From Candidatus Latescibacterota bacterium (GTDB lineage Bacteria > Latescibacterota > UBA2968 > UBA8231), in assembly GCA_965208105.1 (NCBI GenBank), contig OZ242318.1, positions 3,168,001-3,232,000 of the forward strand: 64,000 nt of DNA, given 5' to 3'. Below are positions 19,927 through 29,996 of the stretch, one piece after another. How positions within the stretch are numbered: position 1 is the stretch's first letter; each line of letters begins with the position of its first letter. The notes below the pieces were generated by a model. That model saw only the letters and a list, made by a program, of their open reading frames with translations. It was not told the origin of the DNA and ran no database searches. Made by a program: the position numbers and the translations under genes.

Positions 19927-20139
19927 TTACTGTTCGTCCTTTTCAGAGTATCGGTTTAAATCTCCAGTATAAAAATCCACTTCGTGCAGTACTCCCCTAC
20001 TGTCAAACCATTTACATGGCACCTTATCTTCTGTGTCATACTGAATTGGAAGATCGACATTTGGTTGCGAGACAGTCATAGTGGGTCCACCTGATTTTAA
20101 TACAACCATGTCTCCTGGAGAAAATTTAATGTTAGCCAT
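19927..20139 (-). CDS. YodC/DUF2158-family small protein
   Basis: 'FSPGDMVVLKSGGPTMTV....CKWFD....F....L'. Confidence 0.85.
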   Translation of the reverse strand: MANIKFSPGDMVVLKSGGPTMTVSQPNVDLPIQYDTEDKVPCKWFDSRGVLHEVDFYTGDLNRYSEKDEQ

Positions 20140-20216
20140 TTGACCACCCTTTCTTTGTGACCATTATCATAATACATATGCAATGGTATTTCAATCCTCT
20201 CTCCTAGCTAAAAAGA

Positions 20217-20243
20217 AAAGGCCGACTCAGAAAATCGGCCTTT
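20217..20243. terminator. putative terminator or operator hairpin
   Basis: AAAGGCCGA-N9-TCGGCCTTT with an A-tract on the left flank. Confidence 0.4.
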
Positions 20244-20405
20244 GTTACTATTCGATGTAAGTCCCTTTTTATAATTCCAAAGACACCACCGGTAGAATTT
20301 TTGATTTTTTTGTAGATTCTCTCAAATTTCCTTTAAATCAAACCACACGAAGTAGAAATGTGCCTGGCCTCCAAGCTATTTTAGTAGTAAGGAAAGGAGC
20401 AGGCA

Positions 20406-20600
20406 ATGGATGGGCAACTTGAAATTCTCAGGATTAAAGACGTCCTGGCCATGGTTGGCTTCTCCCGGTCTACCCTGTTGAGGAGGGAAAAATCGGGAGA
20501 TTTTCCGCACTCGGTTCGACTGGGACCTCCAGGATCTCGTGCCGTCGGATGGCACCGTAAGGACGTGGAGGATTGGCTTCGCAACCGGCCTGGGTCATAA
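20406..20600 (+). CDS. alpA: AlpA-family regulator/excisionase (second copy), convergent with the integrase
   Basis: 'ILRIKDVLAMVGFSRSTLLRREKSGDFPHSVRLG....AVGW....VEDWL'; AAGGAG SD. Confidence 0.9.
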   Translation: MDGQLEILRIKDVLAMVGFSRSTLLRREKSGDFPHSVRLGPPGSRAVGWHRKDVEDWLRNRPGS

Positions 20601-20684
20601 CCATTCTCCATTGGGTAGGCTCACTCAGGAAGGCAGCGCTCCGGGTTTCCAAAAGCTGGCAACGGCATTTGTACTGGGTCCTGA

Positions 20685-21845
20685 CTATCCGAAGGAGGAA
20701 GTCGCGTGGGCGCCCCATTTTGACAATAGCTCTCGGCGTTTGGCGAGCAGATCTGACCTCGCGTAGGCTTGCTCCACGGCCGATCCGACCGAGTGGGCGA
20801 GGGACAATTCCATGACGGCGTGATCGGCGTCGGTCTGCTCGCTCGCCCAAACCCTGAAGGTGCTGCGGAGACCGTGGACCGTAGTCCGTTCGGAGAGCCC
20901 GTTGTCCCTCAGGACCTTGGTCAGCGCCATGTCACTCAACTCCTTGCCTCGCCTCGATGGTGATGGGAAGATCAGCCCGCTTCCGTCGTCGAGTTTCCGA
21001 GCCAGATTGAGGACGACCAAAGCTGGAGAGGACAGCGGAACGCGGTGCTCGGCACCGTTCTTCATTCGCCTGGCAGGGATGCGCCATTCCTGGGCATCGG
21101 AGTCGATCTCGTCCCACTTGGCGCCCCGAGCCTCACCACTCCTCGCTGCCGTTAATACCAGGAATTTGAAACACAGTTTCACCGATGGAGATGCCTCGGA
21201 TCCTTCAACGATGCCTAACGCTTCGTTGACTTCATGGTAGGGTAAAGCCCGAAGGTGTTGACTGATAGGCCTCATCGAAGGCAGAGCACCATCAATGGCC
21301 TCCCCGGCCATGTTGTGCTCAATATACCCGTGCGCCTGACACCAGCGCAGGGTGGCCTTGATGCATCTCCGCACGCGTCGCGCCGTCTCTGGCTTGATCG
21401 TCCAAATCGGGGTCAAGACGGCCAGCACGTCATCGCGTCTTATCTGGTCCACCTGCAGACCACCGAGGCGCTTGAACGCATGACGCTCCAACTGCTGCAT
21501 CCAGTTCGAGGCGACCTTAGCATTGCGCCAGCGCGGCCTGTTGGCTTCGAAGGTCGCCTGGGCAGCTTGCCGGAAGGTCGGCGTTCGGGCTCTCCGCTTT
21601 TCGGCGAGCGGATCCCCTCCGGAGCGCGCAAGCCTGCGATTTCCGAAGGCCTTGTCCCGGGCTTCCCTCAGACTGACGAGGGGATAAGCTCCCAAACCCA
21701 TGTCCCGGCGACGCCCTTTGATGGTCAGGCGCTGAATCCAGGACTTCGATCCCCCCGGAGCGACGTACAGGAACAGAGTCCCGCCATCGCCGTAGCGACC
21801 TGGCTTCAGGAGCGATTTTACCTTTGCTGCTGTAAGCTTTCCCAT
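20685..21845 (-). CDS. int: P4-like tyrosine integrase
   Basis: Arm domain 'YGDGGTLFLYV.PGGSKSW..R....RR.MGLG.YP.VSL.EAR'; catalytic R (TAARSGE), K (RMK), HGLR, LAH and Y (QAY). Confidence 0.95.
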   Translation of the reverse strand: MGKLTAAKVKSLLKPGRYGDGGTLFLYVAPGGSKSWIQRLTIKGRRRDMGLGAYPLVSLREARDKAFGNRRLARSGGDPLAEKRRARTPTFRQAAQATFEANRPRWRNAKVASNWMQQLERHAFKRLGGLQVDQIRRDDVLAVLTPIWTIKPETARRVRRCIKATLRWCQAHGYIEHNMAGEAIDGALPSMRPISQHLRALPYHEVNEALGIVEGSEASPSVKLCFKFLVLTAARSGEARGAKWDEIDSDAQEWRIPARRMKNGAEHRVPLSSPALVVLNLARKLDDGSGLIFPSPSRRGKELSDMALTKVLRDNGLSERTTVHGLRSTFRVWASEQTDADHAVMELSLAHSVGSAVEQAYARSDLLAKRRELLSKWGAHATSSFG

Positions 21846-21997
21846 GAGAATTTCCCACGTTTATTCCCACTAATTATATGGAATATAGGGAAATCCTATG
21901 GAATGGTCAAGGACAAAGTGGAATGATGGAACTTATTCTCTTCCAATTTGTTATAGAATATTATGGAACAGAGAGGAACTAAGAGGAACAAGAAAAA

Positions 21998-22084
21998 TGG
22001 TGCCGAAGGTGGGACTCGAACCCACACGGAGTTGCCCCCACTGGATTTTGAATCCAGCGCGTCTACCAATTTCGCCACTTCGGC
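21998..22084 (-). tRNA. tRNA-Leu (anticodon CAA)
   Basis: GCCGAAGTGGCGAAATTGGTAGACGCGCTGGATTCAAAATCCAGTGGGGGCAACTCCGTGTGGGTTCGAGTCCCACCTTCGGCACCA: cloverleaf with a long variable arm and encoded CCA. Confidence 0.97.
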
Positions 22085-22138
22085 CCGAGGTTTGATCTGG
22101 GGAATCACAAAGTAGGACTGGCGACTCAGCCTGTAAAG

Positions 22139-22624
22139 TCAAACCCCTTCGCGGCGCTCGGATTTTGGCCGGCCCAGAATCTCCGCGTAAATCACCGCCA
22201 GCCGCGCGCTTTCTGGATCGAGCTTCAACGGAATCCCGGCTGTCGGCAGAGATGCTTCCTTGCGCTGCATGGCCTCCTGGACGGCTTCCCTTGCTCTGCG
22301 CCGGGGTTGCGCCTCCTCGGACAGTCGTTCCATCTCCCTTGCCCGCTTTTCCATCTCCTGCGCCCGCTGCTCGGCGGCGAGAGCCTGACGCTCCAGCTCC
22401 TCTTCGTCCACCATTGCAAGAGGAGACGGCCGGGGGACCTGTTCAAAGGGATCGTCCATGGGAAAGGAGGGCCAGTCTTCCTCCTCCTCTGGTTCAATCT
22501 CTGCAGACTCGCGCTCCCGCGCCCTCCTCTCGGCCTGCTCCCGGGCGAGCCTGCGCTTGCGTCGCTCCAGCAGGGCTGAAACGATACTGAAGAGCACGAA
22601 CAGGATAATTAGAAGATGTTCCAT
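22139..22624 (-). CDS. membrane-anchored hypothetical protein (YqfB-like position after floA)
   Basis: N-terminal TM helix, charged coiled region, C-terminal 'AVIYAEILGRPKS'. Confidence 0.75.
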   Translation of the reverse strand: MEHLLIILFVLFSIVSALLERRKRRLAREQAERRARERESAEIEPEEEEDWPSFPMDDPFEQVPRPSPLAMVDEEELERQALAAEQRAQEMEKRAREMERLSEEAQPRRRAREAVQEAMQRKEASLPTAGIPLKLDPESARLAVIYAEILGRPKSERREGV

Positions 22625-22646
22625 CTTGGTCAGCTTCCGAGAAAGG

Positions 22647-23633
22647 TTATGGTCCGGGGTGGTTGTCGCCTTTGCCCGATTCGGAGATGGATGTCCTCAT
22701 CTCGGTGTCCGCCTGAATATTGCGCAGCCGGTAGTAGTCCATGATTCCCAGATGGCCACTGCCGAAAGCCTCGGCGATGGCCCGCGGCACCTCGGCCTCG
22801 GCCTCTTTGACCCGGGCGCTCATCTCCTCCACCAGGGCCGTCATCTCCTGCTCCCGCGCCTGGGCCATCGCCCGGCGCTCCTCCGCCTTGGCCTGGGCGA
22901 TCTTCAGGTCCGCCTCCGCCTGGTCGGTCTGCAGCTTGGCCCCGATATTCTCCCCCACGTCCACGTCCGCTATGTCGATCGACAAAATCTCGAAGGCCGT
23001 GCCCGCGTCCAGGCCCTTCTCTAGCACCGTCTTCGAGATGCTGTCGGGGTTCTCCAGGACGGCCTTGTGGGTGCCGGCCGAGCCGATGGTGGTCACGATG
23101 CCTTCCCCGACGCGGGCGATGATGGTCTCCTCGCCGGCGCCTCCCACCAGGCGGTCGATGTTGGCGCGCACCGTCACCCGGCTGGTGGCCTTGACCTGGA
23201 TGCCGTCCTTGGCCACGGCGGCGATCAGGGGGGTGTTGATCACCTTGGGGTTGACGCTGACCTTGACGGCTTCGAGCACGTCGCGGCCGGCCAGGTCGAT
23301 GGCGGTAGCGCGCTCGAAGCTCAAATCGATGTTGGCCTTGTCGGCGGAGATGAGGGCGAGGATGACCGCCTCGACGTTGCCGCCGGCGAGGAAGTGGGCC
23401 TCCATGCGGTCGAGGTCGACGGTGAGGCCGGCCTTGGTGGCGCTGATCTTGGGCCGGACGATGGACGCCGGGGGCACTTTGCGCAGGCGCATGCCGACCA
23501 GGTCCTTGAAGATGTTCACGCGCACGCCGGCGAAGAAGGCGGTGATCCACAGGCCGATGGGGACGAAGTAGGTGAACAGGGCCAGAAAGAGGATGATCCC
23601 CAATAGGATCAGCAATAGAAAGGTGATGGACAT
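22647..23633 (-). CDS. floA: flotillin-like protein FloA (YqfA)
   Basis: '[11 protein letters not shown]', '[10 protein letters not shown]', 'AIDLAGRDV', '[19 protein letters not shown]', '[16 protein letters not shown]'. Confidence 0.95.
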   Translation of the reverse strand: MSITFLLLILLGIILFLALFTYFVPIGLWITAFFAGVRVNIFKDLVGMRLRKVPPASIVRPKISATKAGLTVDLDRMEAHFLAGGNVEAVILALISADKANIDLSFERATAIDLAGRDVLEAVKVSVNPKVINTPLIAAVAKDGIQVKATSRVTVRANIDRLVGGAGEETIIARVGEGIVTTIGSAGTHKAVLENPDSISKTVLEKGLDAGTAFEILSIDIADVDVGENIGAKLQTDQAEADLKIAQAKAEERRAMAQAREQEMTALVEEMSARVKEAEAEVPRAIAEAFGSGHLGIMDYYRLRNIQADTEMRTSISESGKGDNHPGP

Positions 23634-23830
23634 GGTCCCCTCCTTATAGAATGACTGAATCTGTGCCGCGGCCAGAAAGAAACTGGTTGCGGGCGGCTAT
23701 TCACCAGTGGGTGTATCTGCCCTGGGGCCCGGCCTTGGAAATTGGCTGCACCAGGGTGTCCTGCGAACCAGGATCTCCGCCGCCGGAATGCCAATCCGCC
23801 CGGTTCAGGCAAGCGGATCCGGCAAAACCC

Positions 23831-24346
23831 TCATTGAGTATCTGCAGCCCCGATTTTTTGAACTACCACCCTGTTCCCTTCCACCGTCAACACTTCGACC
23901 GCATCGCCCGTGGAAACAAAATCGCCTTCGGTGACCACGTCGACAATGCGGTCGCCGAACTGTGCCCGGCCGCTCGGCCGCAGCGCCGTCAGCGTTTCCC
24001 CGCTCAGTCCCACCAGGGTGGACAGGTCGGGGCGCGAAGAGTCGTACCCCAGTTCGCGGCTGGTTTCGCTTTCCAGCACCATCCGCTGCCACGCCCGCGC
24101 CCGGATCAGCAACCGCACCAGGAAAACCGTGCCCAGCAGGGCCAGGGCGGCCACGGCAACTGCAGGTCCCAGGCCCAATTTGACATAGGCGTAGCCAACT
24201 CCGGCGCACATGGTCAGAAAGCCGAAGATGCCGAAGATGTTGAAGCCCGGTATGACGAAGATTTCCAGGAGAATCAGGCAGAAGCCCAGAACGAGCAGAG
24301 TGAAGGCGAAGATCCAGGGCAGGAATTCAAGATCTGCCAGGTTCAA
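23831..24346 (-). CDS. short NfeD-family protein
   Basis: TM helices with 'LEIFVIPGF', then OB-fold 'G.TLTALRPSGRA....VDVVTEGDFV'. Confidence 0.9.
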   Translation of the reverse strand: MNLADLEFLPWIFAFTLLVLGFCLILLEIFVIPGFNIFGIFGFLTMCAGVGYAYVKLGLGPAVAVAALALLGTVFLVRLLIRARAWQRMVLESETSRELGYDSSRPDLSTLVGLSGETLTALRPSGRAQFGDRIVDVVTEGDFVSTGDAVEVLTVEGNRVVVQKIGAADTQ

Positions 24347-25695
24347 AGCGGCCTCACAACCACCCGGTTTCCCCGGGCTTCGATAATCTTCACCGGGCGT
24401 TGTTGCTCAATGAACTCTCCTTCGGCAATGATGTTCAGGCGCCGGCCGTCGAACACCCCGACTCCAACCGGGCGCAAATCGGTAAGGGTCACTCCCTCCT
24501 GATCGATCAGAAATTCGTCGCTTTGGGTGGGGGCGGAGACATATCCCTCCGAAGCCCTGGTCTCGCTTTTCAGAATTAGACGGTTGAAGGCGGCGAATCT
24601 GGGTAGAGCGCGCAGAAGCGCCAGTGACAAAACCACCGCGCCGATTGCAGACAGGGCCAACCGCACTACTACCGAGGATATCTCCTCTATGCTCCAGAAC
24701 TCAAAGTCGCCCAATTGGGTCAGCACCAGGCTGGCGGCCATTATCACGATGCCGGCCAATCCCACCACCCCGAACCCGGGTATGGCGACGATCTCCACCA
24801 CGAGCAAACCGGCTCCAAGGGCAAAGAGCAGCAATTCCTCCCACTCTGCGAGCCGCACGATCAGGTGGCTGCCGAAGAACAGGGCAAGGGCCAGCAGGGC
24901 GAGGGTCCCTCCCAGGCCCCATCCCGGGGTGCGGACCTCGGCAATCAATCCGAACATGGCGACGGCGAGAAGCAGTGAGGTGATGATGGGGTGGGTCACC
25001 AGGCGCACCACCCGTTCGGCCCAGTTGAGTTCGATTTCTACGATTTCCGCATCGGTGAGGTCATATATACGCAGCACCTCGAAGAGGGTGTTGGCGGTCT
25101 CGTCCGCAACCTGGTAGTGAAGTGCCTGCTCCGTGGTCAATGTTGCCGGCCGCCCGGCCTCGGCGCTCAATCCCGGGATGTCGACGCGTTCGTCGACCAT
25201 GGCCTCGGCGATTTTGGGATCGCGGCCGGTGCGCTCGGCGGTGGAGCGCATCTCAGCGCGCATGACCGAAACTACCTTGTCGCTGGCCTTGTCACCGCTG
25301 CCGCCCTCCACGGGCGTGACGGCTCCGATGGTGGCGCCGCTGGTCATTACGATCTGGTCGCAGGCAAGTGAAATAAGCGCGCCCGCGGAGATGGCCCGCT
25401 TGTTGATGAAGGCGATTGTCAGAAGGTCGGTGTCGACGATGATATCCCGGATCAGGGTGGCCGCGTCCACCCGGCCCCCGAAGGTGTCTATGTCAAAGAC
25501 GATTGCGTCGGCTTCGGAGGTCTCGGCTTCCTGAATCACCCGTTCGAAGAAGGCGGAAATTCCCGGATCGATCATCCCGGCTTGAGTGTCGATGGTGTGC
25601 ACTTTCACGTGGTACACCGTCTTCGACTGCCCGATTGCAGGAGACAGTAACAAGGCGAATAGCCAGGCAGTATATCTCACTCGAAAAGACCTCAT
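24343..25695 (-). CDS. nfeD: long NfeD membrane-bound ClpP-class serine protease (YqeZ-like)
   Basis: 'DIDTFGGRVDAA', 'AISAGALISLAC', 'IAEAMVD', TM region, C-terminal OB-fold. Confidence 0.9.
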   Translation of the reverse strand: MRSFRVRYTAWLFALLLSPAIGQSKTVYHVKVHTIDTQAGMIDPGISAFFERVIQEAETSEADAIVFDIDTFGGRVDAATLIRDIIVDTDLLTIAFINKRAISAGALISLACDQIVMTSGATIGAVTPVEGGSGDKASDKVVSVMRAEMRSTAERTGRDPKIAEAMVDERVDIPGLSAEAGRPATLTTEQALHYQVADETANTLFEVLRIYDLTDAEIVEIELNWAERVVRLVTHPIITSLLLAVAMFGLIAEVRTPGWGLGGTLALLALALFFGSHLIVRLAEWEELLLFALGAGLLVVEIVAIPGFGVVGLAGIVIMAASLVLTQLGDFEFWSIEEISSVVVRLALSAIGAVVLSLALLRALPRFAAFNRLILKSETRASEGYVSAPTQSDEFLIDQEGVTLTDLRPVGVGVFDGRRLNIIAEGEFIEQQRPVKIIEARGNRVVVRPL

Positions 25696-25937
25696 GGCAT
25701 GGGACGGCTGCAGATGATTCTATTCACCCGGAGGGGTTGTCGCCAACTCGATAAAACCTACTTCAAACCGATGGTCGTTGTCAATGTCGATTTGACTCCT
25801 GAACCATTCGATGGAGGATATGGGTGAAGTGGCCGGCCGTATCGCCGGGATCGGGATGAATTTGCCAATCCGATGCAGGGATCCTTAGATTTTCATCTTC
25901 TCATCTGTCTATTGGGTCAATACATAAGTGCCTGTAA

Positions 25938-28900
25938 ATGTTAACCAAGGATTCTAAATCCACAGCCTCCGCAGCAGCCGTTGAGGCCCTCCTGCCGAAG
26001 TGCATGCTGGAAGATCGCGTCCGCTTCGAAAGGCGCCTGGAGACCCTGCGGCGCCGTCCCCGTCCCAGGGAACTGCGACGGCTACTCGATGGGGCCGCCC
26101 GTTCCGCGGAATTGCTCGGGAAGCGCCGCCGCAACCTTCCCGGCACAAACTACCCGGAGGAACTTCCCCTCACCGCCCGGAAGGACGATATCCTGCAGTC
26201 CATCAAGGACCACCCGGTGGTTATCGTCGCCGGCGAGACCGGCTCGGGCAAGACTACCCAGCTGCCCAAGATCTGTCTGGAGGCCGGATGTGGACTGGCG
26301 GCCAAGATCGCCTGCACCCAGCCGCGGCGGGTGGCGGCTCTTTCCATCTCCAGGCGCATCGCCGCCGAACTGAATGTCCACTGGGGGAAGGAGGTGGGAT
26401 GCAAGATCCGCTTCCAGGACGAAACCTCCCCCCAGACCTACATAAAAATGTTGACCGACGGCATGCTCCTGGCAGAAATCCAGAACGACCCCGAGCTTTG
26501 GGAGTACGACGCCGTCATTGTGGACGAGGCCCACGAGCGCAGCCTGAATATCGATTTTCTTCTGGGTTACCTGCGCCTGTTGAGACGGCGGCGCCCCGAC
26601 CTCAAAATCGTCATCACCTCGGCCACCATCGATACCGCCGGAATCTCCAGGGCCTTCGACGGCGCCCCGGTCATCGAGGTCACCGGACGCATGTTCCCGG
26701 TCGAGGTCCGCTACCAGCCCCTCGATCAACTGCTGGAAGAAAGCGGGGATTGCACCTACATCGACGCGGCAATCAGCGCCGTGGAGCAGATTCTGGAGGA
26801 ATCGCCCCGGGGCGATCTCCTGGTCTTCATGCCCAGCGAGCGCGATATCCGCGAAACCAGGGAGCGCCTGGAGGGGCGGCAAGGCCGCCAGGTCGAAGTC
26901 CTGCCTCTCTTCGGGAGGCTCACCGCCGCCGAGCAGCAGCGCATCTTCGCGCCCAGGGGAAGGCGCCGGATAGTGGTGGCCACGAATATCGCCGAAACTT
27001 CCCTTACTGTTCCCGGAATCCGCTACGTAATCGACGTGGGGCTGGCGCGGATCAGCCGCTACAATCCGCGCACGCAGACCCAGCGTTTGCCCATCGAGGC
27101 GATCTCGCAGAGCAGCGCGGAGCAACGCAAGGGGCGCTGCGGTCGTCTGTCCGGCGGGGTCTGCATACGCCTGTACGACGAGGCCGATTTTCTCGCCCGG
27201 CCACGGTTCACCCAGCCCGAGATCCAGCGCGCAAATCTGGCCGAGGTGATTTTGCGCATGACGGCCCTGAAGTTGGGCGAAATCGAGACCTTTCCCTTCA
27301 TTGATCCTCCCCAGCCTCGAGCCATCCGGGGTGGGCTTATTCTCCTCGAGGAACTGGGAGCTCTCGACGCTGACCGCCGGCTCACCCCCATGGGCCGCGA
27401 CATGGCCCGCCTTCCCATCTCTCCCACCGTGGCGCGCATGATTCTCCAGGCCCGCGGGGAAGGGGGGTTGCGCCAGGTCCTCGCCATTGCCGCTGCCATC
27501 AGCATTCGGGACCCCCGCGAGCGGCCCCAGGAAAAGCAGGCCCAGGCCGACCAGATGCACAGGCAATTCCTCCATCCTCAATCTGATTTCCTGACTCTTC
27601 TGAACATCTGGGAGGCATACCACGACAAGATGGAACGCTTTTCCCAGAACCAGCTGCGGCGGTTCTGCAAAAGCCACTTTCTCTCCTACGCGCGCATGCG
27701 CGAGTGGCGCGATATCCATGCCCAACTCGCCAATGCCATGGGAGAAACGGGTGGGCCCGGCAGGATGCGGGAAAGGGAGGACTACGACGCCATCCACCGA
27801 TCGGTCCTCAGCGGCCTCCTCAGCAATGTCGCCTGCAAGAAGGAGCACAATACCTATCGGGCGGCGCGCGGCCGCGAAGTGATGATCTTTCCCGGCTCGG
27901 GGCTCTTTCAAAAACGCCCCTCGAGGAAAAACGGCGCCCCAGTCCCCGGGAACCGGAAAGGCCAGGCGCCCGACTGGATCGTCGCGGCGGAGATGGTAGA
28001 GACTTCGCGCCTGTATGCGCGCACCGCCGCCAGCATCCGGCCTGATTGGCTGGCCGAGGTGGGCGGACATCTGTGCCGTTCCTCCTGCAAGGAACCATAC
28101 TGGAATGCGCGCTCAGGCCGGGTGCTGGTGCAGGAGACGCTGACTCTCTACGGTCTTCAGGTCCTCAGCCGCCCAATTCCCTACAAGCGCATCGATCCGC
28201 GGGAGGCCGCAGCGATCTTCATTCGCGAGGCACTTCTCACCGGAGACATCCGTGCGCAGTATCCTTTTTTGAGGCACAACTTGAAGCTGTGTCACAAAAT
28301 CGAGATTTGGCAGACCCGCAGGCGCCGGAGGGAAGATCTCGATGCCCGGGAGGCGGCTTTTCAATTCTACGCAAGAAGGCTCCAGGAGGTTTCATCGCTG
28401 CACGATCTGAACCGCCTGGTGCGCGCCAACCGCGGGGAGAATCCCCGCTTCCTGTTCATGGAAGAGGCCGATCTCCTCGGAGGCGATACTTCGTTCGACC
28501 GCGGTGCCTTTCCCGACAGCATGGACATCGACGGGCACGAGCTGGATATATCCTACGCCAACCGACCGGGGAGCGAAGAGGACGGCATCACCTTGAAGCT
28601 GCCCGGCAAGCTCGTCGACGCCGTCGACCCCCAGGTCCTGGAGTGGTTGATTCCGGGTATGGTCGAAGAGAAGGTCGCCTTCCTGTTGCGCTCCCTGCCC
28701 AAATCCATTCGCAGGAAGCTGCTGCCCATACCCCGGAAAGCTGCTGAAATAGCCGCCGGACTCAGGCCCACCCACCCTTCTTTCCTGGAGTCTCTCGAGG
28801 ATTTCATCTCGAAGCACTACCGCCTGGAGATCCGCCGTTCAGACTGGGATTCGGAGAGCATGCCGGACCATCTGCGCATGCGCATTCAGGTTCAGGGCGC

Positions 28901-29867
28901 CAGCGGCAAGCCGGTAGTAGCGGGCCGCGATTTGCCTCTGTTGGTCCAGCGTCTCAGGCGCCACGACACCCCGGTGGAACTGAAGGCCTGGGACCGTGCC
29001 CGGGCAGGGTGGGAACGAGATGGGCTGAAAACCTGGGATTTCGACGATTTGCCTGAACGGCTGGAAATCAGCCGGGTTTCCGGCATCCCGCTCTACGGCT
29101 ACCCGGGTCTCGAGGATGAAGCAGAGAGCGTGCGCCTGCGCCTGTTCAAAAGTAGAGAAGAAGCCGAAGCCGCCAGCAGGAAGGGTCTCTGCCGGCTGTA
29201 CAGATTGGAACTGGGCGAGGAAATGGAACTACTGCGGCGGCAACTCGGTGGATTGAGCCGCTTCAAGGAGCTGTACCGGTCCATGGGGACGGAGCAGGAG
29301 CTGCGCGGCCTTGCCATGCTGCACCTGCAGCGTCATCTCTTCGAGCGCGAGCAACCGCATCCCCTCACCAGGGCGGCCTTCGAGGCTGGTCTGCAAAGGG
29401 CCAGGGCAGAACTGAAAAAGGACCCTGCCGGGCGCTTGATGGCCATGTTGCATACTCTGCTGCAAACTCGACGGAAGATCCTTCGCTGTCCCTACCCCTA
29501 CCCGGAGATGGACGGGGATCTCGAGCGCCTGATGCCAGGAGATTTTCTGCTGAGGATCCCCCTGGTCCGCCTCGGCCACCTGTGCCGCTATCTCGAGGCC
29601 GTGCTGGTGCGTGCCGAGCGCGCCCACCTCGACCCCCGCAAGGATGCGCTGAGATGGGACCAGGTGCGGCCATACCAGTGGGCTCTCGACAAATTGCTGG
29701 GGGAAGATCCGCCGCCCCCGGCCCCTAGGCGCGGGCAGATTCAGCAATTGCGCTGGATGCTGGAGGAGTTCAGGGTCTCGGTTTTTGCCCAGGAGCTGGG
29801 GACCGACCACCCCGTTTCCTCCAAGCGCCTGGACAGGAAGCTCGATGAGATCGAAAGCAGGGAATGA
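25938..29867 (+). CDS. hrpA: ATP-dependent RNA helicase HrpA
   Basis: 'GETGSGKTTQLP', 'TQPRRVAA', 'DEAHER', 'SAT', 'TNIAETSLT', 'QRKGRCGR', C-terminal 'WMLEEFRVSVFAQELGT'. Confidence 0.95.
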   Translation: MLTKDSKSTASAAAVEALLPKCMLEDRVRFERRLETLRRRPRPRELRRLLDGAARSAELLGKRRRNLPGTNYPEELPLTARKDDILQSIKDHPVVIVAGETGSGKTTQLPKICLEAGCGLAAKIACTQPRRVAALSISRRIAAELNVHWGKEVGCKIRFQDETSPQTYIKMLTDGMLLAEIQNDPELWEYDAVIVDEAHERSLNIDFLLGYLRLLRRRRPDLKIVITSATIDTAGISRAFDGAPVIEVTGRMFPVEVRYQPLDQLLEESGDCTYIDAAISAVEQILEESPRGDLLVFMPSERDIRETRERLEGRQGRQVEVLPLFGRLTAAEQQRIFAPRGRRRIVVATNIAETSLTVPGIRYVIDVGLARISRYNPRTQTQRLPIEAISQSSAEQRKGRCGRLSGGVCIRLYDEADFLARPRFTQPEIQRANLAEVILRMTALKLGEIETFPFIDPPQPRAIRGGLILLEELGALDADRRLTPMGRDMARLPISPTVARMILQARGEGGLRQVLAIAAAISIRDPRERPQEKQAQADQMHRQFLHPQSDFLTLLNIWEAYHDKMERFSQNQLRRFCKSHFLSYARMREWRDIHAQLANAMGETGGPGRMREREDYDAIHRSVLSGLLSNVACKKEHNTYRAARGREVMIFPGSGLFQKRPSRKNGAPVPGNRKGQAPDWIVAAEMVETSRLYARTAASIRPDWLAEVGGHLCRSSCKEPYWNARSGRVLVQETLTLYGLQVLSRPIPYKRIDPREAAAIFIREALLTGDIRAQYPFLRHNLKLCHKIEIWQTRRRRREDLDAREAAFQFYARRLQEVSSLHDLNRLVRANRGENPRFLFMEEADLLGGDTSFDRGAFPDSMDIDGHELDISYANRPGSEEDGITLKLPGKLVDAVDPQVLEWLIPGMVEEKVAFLLRSLPKSIRRKLLPIPRKAAEIAAGLRPTHPSFLESLEDFISKHYRLEIRRSDWDSESMPDHLRMRIQVQGASGKPVVAGRDLPLLVQRLRRHDTPVELKAWDRARAGWERDGLKTWDFDDLPERLEISRVSGIPLYGYPGLEDEAESVRLRLFKSREEAEAASRKGLCRLYRLELGEEMELLRRQLGGLSRFKELYRSMGTEQELRGLAMLHLQRHLFEREQPHPLTRAAFEAGLQRARAELKKDPAGRLMAMLHTLLQTRRKILRCPYPYPEMDGDLERLMPGDFLLRIPLVRLGHLCRYLEAVLVRAERAHLDPRKDALRWDQVRPYQWALDKLLGEDPPPPAPRRGQIQQLRWMLEEFRVSVFAQELGTDHPVSSKRLDRKLDEIESRE

Positions 29868-29996
29868 TCAGGGATTCTGCATTCGAATCAGGAGACCCCG
29901 TGGTGCCCGTGGAGGAGTACGGGGTTGCCGCAGATCCCGGGACAGTCGCGTTGGTGGCCGCTTAGCGCCGGGATTACCCGGGGTGGTTCGCTGGAT

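Larger units (their letters stand above)
1..21997. mobile_element. tRNA-Leu-integrated island / satellite-like integrative element (left end outside the window or decayed)
   Basis: Integrase immediately 3' of the tRNA; alpA, rep and dnaB; abrupt composition change near 22.1 kb; accumulation of IS debris. Confidence 0.75.

Noticed and set aside
21870-21997. CRISPR-like repeat array
   Set aside because: Units are 7-8 bp with no spacers. I saw no CRISPR array or cas gene anywhere in the window.
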